DNA of 64,000 nt, from assembly GCA_021802705.1 (NCBI GenBank), contig JAJZRL010000004.1, forward strand, positions 13,862 through 77,861. Reading direction: 5' to 3'. Each line of letters begins with the position of its first letter. The stretch's first letter is position 1. Positions 59,063 to 64,000 of the stretch are shown piece by piece. The stretch is from a bacterium (GTDB taxonomy: Bacteria; Patescibacteriota; Minisyncoccia; Phycocordibacterales; Phycocordibacteraceae). The translations under genes and the position numbers were made by a program. Under the pieces are notes generated by a model. That model ran no database searches, was not told the origin of the DNA, and worked only from the letters and a program-made list of their open reading frames with translations.

Positions 59063-59683
59063 ATGGAAAAAGTTAATCATACCGTCGCGCTCTATGCCCA
59101 GTTCATTACGTTCTTGGTTATTTGGTTCGCGTCGATGATTGTCTCTGGGCTAGTCGCGCCGATGGATTTTATTAGCGCGCTCAAGCTCATCCCGACCGCC
59201 ATATCTGTCTATGCTTTCGTTGCTTTGATTTTCACGAAGTGGGTTTGGCGCTGGCCGATTTTTCAGGGGTGGTTGATTAAGGTTCCGGACTTGCGCGGAA
59301 CGTGGCGTGGCGAATTGAAGAGCGATTGGATCGATCCGAAAACAGGTCAATCGATCGATCCAATCCCCGTCGTTCTGTTAATTCGTCAGAGCTTTTCGAA
59401 CATAAATATCACTCTCATGACGAAAGAGTCGACCAGCTACAGTACCACCGCCAGCATAAATGCCGCAGTTAATGGTGAGGATCTCTATCTGACCTATAAC
59501 TACACGAATCGCCCGAAGGCGTCCCTTTGGGACAGGAGTGCTATTCATGACGGTGCAGCTATCCTGAAAATTATCAAGCGGCCGAATCGCCGCCTAGAGG
59601 GTGAGTACTGGACCGGTCGCAAGACGCGAGGTGATCTTTCACTTCAGTTCGATTCTAAAGTTTTGGCAGAGAGCTTTTCATAG
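59063..59683 (+). CDS. cap15: CBASS 2-TM beta-barrel effector (Cap15-like)
   Basis: Two TM segments; PDLRGTWRG, YNYTNRP, HDG and LEGEYWT motifs. Confidence 0.85.
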   Translation: MEKVNHTVALYAQFITFLVIWFASMIVSGLVAPMDFISALKLIPTAISVYAFVALIFTKWVWRWPIFQGWLIKVPDLRGTWRGELKSDWIDPKTGQSIDPIPVVLLIRQSFSNINITLMTKESTSYSTTASINAAVNGEDLYLTYNYTNRPKASLWDRSAIHDGAAILKIIKRPNRRLEGEYWTGRKTRGDLSLQFDSKVLAESFS

Positions 59684-59709
59684 GGGGTGTGTCTCATTTG
59701 TCTCATTTT

Positions 59710-59874
59710 GGTTCAAGACCGATACGCTCCTAAAACGCATTGAAAGTACCGAAGCACGCCCGATCTGCCTCAAAGCCGGATGAGACCGTTAGGCCTAATT
59801 CTAGGAGATAGAAGGGGGCGGGGAAGGTCCTTAGATACCTTATATGGTGGGGTGCACGACCGACTCGGGCAACA
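59710..59874 (+). repeat. Conserved right end of element 2
   Basis: Colinear with 46966-47130; ends in cgggcaaca. Confidence 0.8.
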
Positions 59875-59941
59875 CGGTTGTGACGCCAGGAACCGGTACC
59901 GGTTCCCGTCAAAGTCGGTACTGTACCGGCGCCCCTGTTCA

Positions 59942-59980
59942 GCCGAAAACCCGCGCAAATTCAATGCGCGGGTTTTCGGC
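59942..59980. terminator. Strong hairpin / terminator
   Basis: Inverted repeat gccgaaaacccgcgca/tgcgcgggttttcggc. Confidence 0.75.
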
Positions 59981-60022
59981 CATGTAGCATTTCCAACGTA
60001 TTTCCAGTTCAATTCCCTTTCT

Positions 60023-60490
60023 GGATCTTTTCTGCCAACTGGTTGCAAGTCGTGTCGCCTGCTCGGCGTGTGCGGAGGTGGTTGTCGGATGGAAGCAAAG
60101 GTCTGCTGTGGGGATCCCTCCGCTCCAGATCCGTATTGTGTGCCGGAGGATGCTGACTTTGCACTAAAGTCTCTTCAGGCTCATCTCGATCGTCGCCAAG
60201 GAAGCACTCCTTTGATTCAAGGTGATGGGCGGTTTGTTATCTTGCCACACCGGAGCAGAGAGGAGCCATTTGGGATGACGGCCCGCGTGAGTGGACAACC
60301 ATACACTTACCTCGACCAAACGGGTATGAAAGTATTCCGGCAGATGCAGGTTGGTGTTGTGTACCAAGTCGGAGACGCGCGTATTCAATGGGGCACAATG
60401 AACCCTTTGAATTTCGTGCGTGGTTTGATTGCTCGCGGTACAGCGGAGATGGTTGACGGAGATAACCAAAAAGTGGTACTCTCTGGCTGA
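60023..60490 (+). pseudogene. C-terminal remnant of a radical SAM/SPASM protein
   Basis: CKSCRLLGVCGGGC...DPYC SPASM half; no radical SAM CxxxCxxC motif upstream. Confidence 0.7.
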
Positions 60491-60548
60491 GCCGTCTAGA
60501 AGTTAGGCGCACTCAGACACGCGTGTAGTTCAACGAAAGGAGCTCCTT

Positions 60549-60704
60549 ATGAACCAAAACGAAGGGTTCGTTCCCCTCATCTGGAACGGCGATGAGAGCA
60601 ATCTCGAAAGCTCTCGCGCGGCACTTCACACGGCCTCGTTGCAGGACCGCAATCCCTCCTGGGGTGGCGATTGCTGCGATGACGGCTGCGAGAACGGCGG
60701 CTGA
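60549..60704 (+). CDS. Putative RiPP precursor peptide (51 aa, ...WGGDCCDDGCENGG)
   Basis: SD AAAGGAG; Cys/Asp/Gly-rich C-terminus; follows the SPASM remnant; terminator downstream. Confidence 0.65.
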   Translation: MNQNEGFVPLIWNGDESNLESSRAALHTASLQDRNPSWGGDCCDDGCENGG

Positions 60705-60715
60705 GAAGCCGACTA

Positions 60716-60748
60716 GGGCGGGAGCGAAAGCTTCCGCCCGAATTTTTT
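60716..60748 (+). terminator. Intrinsic terminator
   Basis: Hairpin gggcgggagc-gaaa-gcttccgccc followed by a T tract. Confidence 0.8.
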
Positions 60749-60785
60749 ATGTGACTATTTATCTGATTTACGTAATAATTACAAA

Positions 60786-61412
60786 ATGATCACTCTAGCT
60801 ATTTCGTTTAGTGAAAACAGCGAATTGAATCGCGTAAGAGAAACCCTTAAGAGGTTGCCATGGTATCGCGAACATAAATATCCAGACACTTTCGCCAAAT
60901 TGCCCTTGGATGTAACCGAGACGAGTGCTGAAGCTGCAATAGTCGCGTCTGTCTCAAAAGAATACGATCCCCAATTGTTCAAGGAGACTGAAGAATATGT
61001 CCAGGGGAAATGGAATGTTGTCGTAGAGGGTTTTGAAGAACTGCGGAAGATGCGAGGAATAGAACTACGCGATTCTTATTCAGTTGTGCTGACTAAGTAC
61101 GGAAGTGGCGGTAGTTACAATGGTGCAATCGGGGAGCTGATTATACGAATCGGTTCGCAAAAGAGAAGAGAGCAGATCGTCGGTGTCATCGTGCATGAGA
61201 TAGTCCATATGACGATTCAGCATCTCGTAGATCGGTATGAAGTCCCTCATTGGCGCAAGGAAAAATTGGTGGACATGCTTGTTGAAAGATATTTTCCTGC
61301 TTTGGAAATGAGCCAGAATATTCCCGAAGATGTCTCAATAGTAGAAAGCACTTTCAATTCGCTGTTTCCTGATATAGGGGCTATCGCCAAGGAGATAGGA
61401 GCAAATAAATAA
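60786..61412 (+). CDS. Hypothetical protein with HExxH (zincin-like) motif
   Basis: IVHEIVH followed by a downstream Glu. Confidence 0.7.
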   Translation: MITLAISFSENSELNRVRETLKRLPWYREHKYPDTFAKLPLDVTETSAEAAIVASVSKEYDPQLFKETEEYVQGKWNVVVEGFEELRKMRGIELRDSYSVVLTKYGSGGSYNGAIGELIIRIGSQKRREQIVGVIVHEIVHMTIQHLVDRYEVPHWRKEKLVDMLVERYFPALEMSQNIPEDVSIVESTFNSLFPDIGAIAKEIGANK

Positions 61413-61507
61413 CTCAGCATTTTTTCGAGGGATTGAGAGGGCGTCGGAATCGAACCGATTTGTGAACAAAATAGTGAGGAAATATATGGGGGCTGTGAGT
61501 CGGTGAT

Positions 61508-61640
61508 ATTCCGGCCCCCGCAACAAGGTAGTGCGGCCTGGTCATCCAGACCGCCCGGCATTAAAAGCGCCGAAAATCAGTTCAAGACCGGTACGGTCAA
61601 AAACACAAAAGTCGCGACGTATGTCGCGACTTTTGTGTTT
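61508..61640 (+). repeat. Duplicated tRNA-fMet 3' end plus conserved left end, copy 3 (terminator 61601-61640)
   Basis: 61508-61540 is identical to 24095-24127 (33 bp). Confidence 0.9.
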
Positions 61641-61666
61641 GTCCATGCACGATATACTGATGCTAT

Positions 61667-62707
61667 ATGAAGACGATGGCTCGACTTAATAAGTTCAAGA
61701 AAGGCGACAAGGTTGCAATCCTCTCGCCTTCGTTCGCGGCCCCCGGTAGATTCCCGCATGTATACGAACTTGGTTTGAAGCGTTTACGGGAAACGTTCGG
61801 TCTTGAGCCCGTCGCATTCCCTGCGACGGCGAAGCTCGGCGCGAGTGGCGAAGAGCGCGCGACTGACCTCATCGCCGCGTTCGAAGACCCGAGCATCAAA
61901 GGAATCATCACTTCGCTCGGCGGCAATGATCAGGTCACGTATATAAAGAATCTTCCACCCGAGCCGTTCATCAATAATCCGAAGCCGTTCTTCGGGTACA
62001 GCGACAATACTCACCTGGCTAATTTTCTTTGGCTGCAGGGCGTACCGTCGTTCTATGGTGGCGCGCTGTTCACACAGTTCGCTATGGAAGGGAAGATAGA
62101 CGACTTCACGCTGAAGTACCTGAAGGTTGCGCTTTTCGAATCGGGTGAGCACGAACTTGAAGCGAGTCCGGTATTTTCAGACATGGGTCTCGATTGGAAC
62201 GATCCGGCAAATCTCGAGAAGCTCGAGATATTCCTGCCGAACGATGGATGGCATTGGGATGGTGAACAGAATGCCGAGGGTATCAGTTGGGGTGGTTGCC
62301 TCGAATCGATAGATGAGTTGCTGCGGCATAGCATCGAGATCCCTTCCCTCGAGGATTTCGAGAACGTCATTCTCTTCACGGAAACTTCAGAAGAAATGCC
62401 TTCAGCTGAGCAGGTCTTCCGCGTGTATCGCGCGCTTGGCGAGCGCGGTATTCTTGCGCGAGTGCGTGGTGTGCTTGTCGGACGACCGAAGGCATGGGAA
62501 TTCGGCAATGAACACGACGAAGCGTGGCAGGTCGCGCATCGTGCGGAGCAACGCGAAACTATTCTCAAAGTGATTCGAGCATACAATCCAAACATTCCAA
62601 TCATCCAAAACATGGACTTCGGGCATACGAGCCCTCAGGTACCACTACCGTATGGCGGCCACATCTGCATTGATTCTGGCGCACGAAAGATATTCGCGAC
62701 GTTCTAA
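61667..62707 (+). CDS. S66 peptidase (LD-carboxypeptidase / MccF family)
   Basis: Motifs GDKVAILSPS, GYSDNT and DFGHTSP. Confidence 0.92.
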   Translation: MKTMARLNKFKKGDKVAILSPSFAAPGRFPHVYELGLKRLRETFGLEPVAFPATAKLGASGEERATDLIAAFEDPSIKGIITSLGGNDQVTYIKNLPPEPFINNPKPFFGYSDNTHLANFLWLQGVPSFYGGALFTQFAMEGKIDDFTLKYLKVALFESGEHELEASPVFSDMGLDWNDPANLEKLEIFLPNDGWHWDGEQNAEGISWGGCLESIDELLRHSIEIPSLEDFENVILFTETSEEMPSAEQVFRVYRALGERGILARVRGVLVGRPKAWEFGNEHDEAWQVAHRAEQRETILKVIRAYNPNIPIIQNMDFGHTSPQVPLPYGGHICIDSGARKIFATF

Positions 62708-62952
62708 TGGTTATGAAGATCTATGCCGAGGTTGGGATCGGGAATGATACGTTCTTCTCGACCGAATACGAAGACGGGAATCGGGAATATAGAATCCCAA
62801 GCTTCGTGAAGCCACCACACATCATGGAGTATTATGTCCGCATTTGGATACGAAAGACGGTTTATGTATTCTCAACTAAAGATGGTTTCAAAAAATCCTC
62901 GAAAGATAAAAGTAGATTCAAACTCCTGTTGGGAATTGGTGGCGTGCGTTAG
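62707..62952 (+). CDS. Small protein (DUF3977-like)
   Basis: EVGIGNDTFFSTEYE...YVRIW. Confidence 0.65.
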   Translation: MVMKIYAEVGIGNDTFFSTEYEDGNREYRIPSFVKPPHIMEYYVRIWIRKTVYVFSTKDGFKKSSKDKSRFKLLLGIGGVR

Positions 62953-62961
62953 TATGGCACT

Positions 62962-63618
62962 ATGACCAAGAACATCTTCTTGCTCAGTATGATGAGCCCG
63001 CTCGACGAGGATTTGCGGCAGGTGCTCGCGCGAGAAATCTTGAAGCGCGGTACGAAAGTAGCTTATGTTTCGTCGAGTCCACAGGACGGGGATCGACCAT
63101 ACTATCAATCCACCATCGCCGACTATGCCGCCATCAGCTCTGAACTCGTAGTCGACTACTTCGATCTTTCAGATGCCTTCACGGATCAAGCGCTCGCGAC
63201 GCTAACAGATTACGCGGCCATCTATCTCTCGGGAGGGAATACGTTCACGTTCATGGACAGTGCGCGCACGCGCGGACTCAAAACCATTCTTGAGCAATAT
63301 CTCGCGAACGGCGGCGTGCTCATTGGCGCGAGCGCGGGGAGCATCATGTGCACACCATCGATTGAGATCGCGAGCGACGCAGATGCGAACGAAGTCGGTA
63401 TGACTGATTTCACCGGCTTCGGTTTTGTCGACTTCGAATTCCAACCGCATTTTAGTGACACAGACGAAGAGCACGCGTGGCTTGCCGAATATCAGAGGAA
63501 AAACGAACGAGAAATCTATACCTGCAAGGATGGTGCTGGGCTGCACGTCACGGATTCAGGAGTCGAGTCATTTGGAAAAGTAAGGAATCTAGACACTCTC
63601 AAAGAAATTGTTTCCTGA
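62962..63618 (+). CDS. Peptidase S51 / dipeptidase E family
   Basis: Motifs YLSGGNT, GASAG and PHF. Confidence 0.9.
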   Translation: MTKNIFLLSMMSPLDEDLRQVLAREILKRGTKVAYVSSSPQDGDRPYYQSTIADYAAISSELVVDYFDLSDAFTDQALATLTDYAAIYLSGGNTFTFMDSARTRGLKTILEQYLANGGVLIGASAGSIMCTPSIEIASDADANEVGMTDFTGFGFVDFEFQPHFSDTDEEHAWLAEYQRKNEREIYTCKDGAGLHVTDSGVESFGKVRNLDTLKEIVS

Positions 63619-63698
63619 CCCGACATGGATAAAGTGGCACTTTTGTGGTAGAATAATAAATGGAGGGTCGTCCTCCGGCAACCGAAAGGAGCAGTGCT

Positions 63699-63833
63699 AT
63701 GAAAACGCTGACACCGGCACCGGCCGGTACCACCAAGCCCGCCGCCAAGACTCAGGGCGTGCAGGTGCTGAAGCCGGGCCGTCGCCGCATCATCGGCGGC
63801 ACCAAGTTCGGTCAGGACGGTTGCGGGTACTAA
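63699..63833 (+). CDS. Putative RiPP precursor peptide (44 aa, ...GGTKFGQDGCGY)
   Basis: SD AAAGGAG; hairpin downstream, then a maturase-like start. Confidence 0.6.
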   Translation: MKTLTPAPAGTTKPAAKTQGVQVLKPGRRRIIGGTKFGQDGCGY

Positions 63834-63922
63834 TCCTGCGACTACTCTGGGGCACAGAGCCTCATCACCAAACGCCCGGGCTTCGGCTCGGGCGTCGTTT
63901 CGTCAACCGGAGGGAAATCTCA

Positions 63923-64000
63923 ATGTATGCAATCAGTCCTTTTACAATCTTTCATCCCACGTCAGATGGATCTTTGTTCGTCAAGAACCTGTTCACTGGT
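63923..64000 (+). CDS. 5' fragment of an ORF, possibly a radical SAM peptide maturase
   Basis: SD GGAGG; MYAISPFTIFHPTSDGSLFVKNLFTG resembles RRE-type N-termini; only 26 codons visible. Confidence 0.4.
   Translation, partial: MYAISPFTIFHPTSDGSLFVKNLFTG

Larger units (their letters stand above)
47131..59874. mobile_element. Integrative element 2, about 12.7 kb
   Basis: Same ends and backbone order as element 1; carries its own serine recombinase. Confidence 0.85.
61526..64000. mobile_element. Probable element 3 (left part only)
   Basis: Conserved left end is present; recombinase not visible in the window. Confidence 0.55.

Noticed and set aside
24113-59874. Complete prophage
   Set aside because: No capsid, portal, tail, lysis or replication genes are present
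59780-60022. N-terminal part of the 236-aa ORF as real coding sequence
   Set aside because: It runs across the element end, a palindrome and a terminator; only the SPASM-like part looks protein-coding

Overview
The window looks like a Patescibacteria/CPR (Parcubacteria-like) chromosome. This is inferred from gene content and from -10 boxes that sit only 6-8 nt before start codons. Bases 1-24.1 kb are mostly core genes: groEL, Cu- and H+-P-type ATPases, tRNA-Ser, comF, a full type IV pilus locus, ligA, gatCA and the initiator tRNA-fMet. From the 3' end of tRNA-fMet to the end of the window there is a tandem array of related integrative elements that all join at a GCAACA core. Element 1 spans 24113-47130 and element 2 spans 47131-59874. 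A decayed segment follows (59875-61525), and element 3 starts at about 61526. The two complete elements share one backbone: conserved left end with terminator, cargo, large serine recombinase, cargo, a structured ncRNA plus a membrane-anchored protein, a leftward operon (small protein, ParB-MTase, terminase), a LexA-like repressor, a defence cassette, and a conserved right end. Their cargo differs completely: copper resistance, MamI-type RM, type III RM, CBASS, a TM+TIR+E2-like cassette, and PIN/nuclease genes. The most interesting observations are this element family, a covarying pseudoknotted RNA with a GAAA tetraloop and receptor present in both elements, a TIR with an E2-like partner, and two unannotated RiPP-like precursor peptides. 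All family assignments come from motif recognition by eye; no database searches were run.
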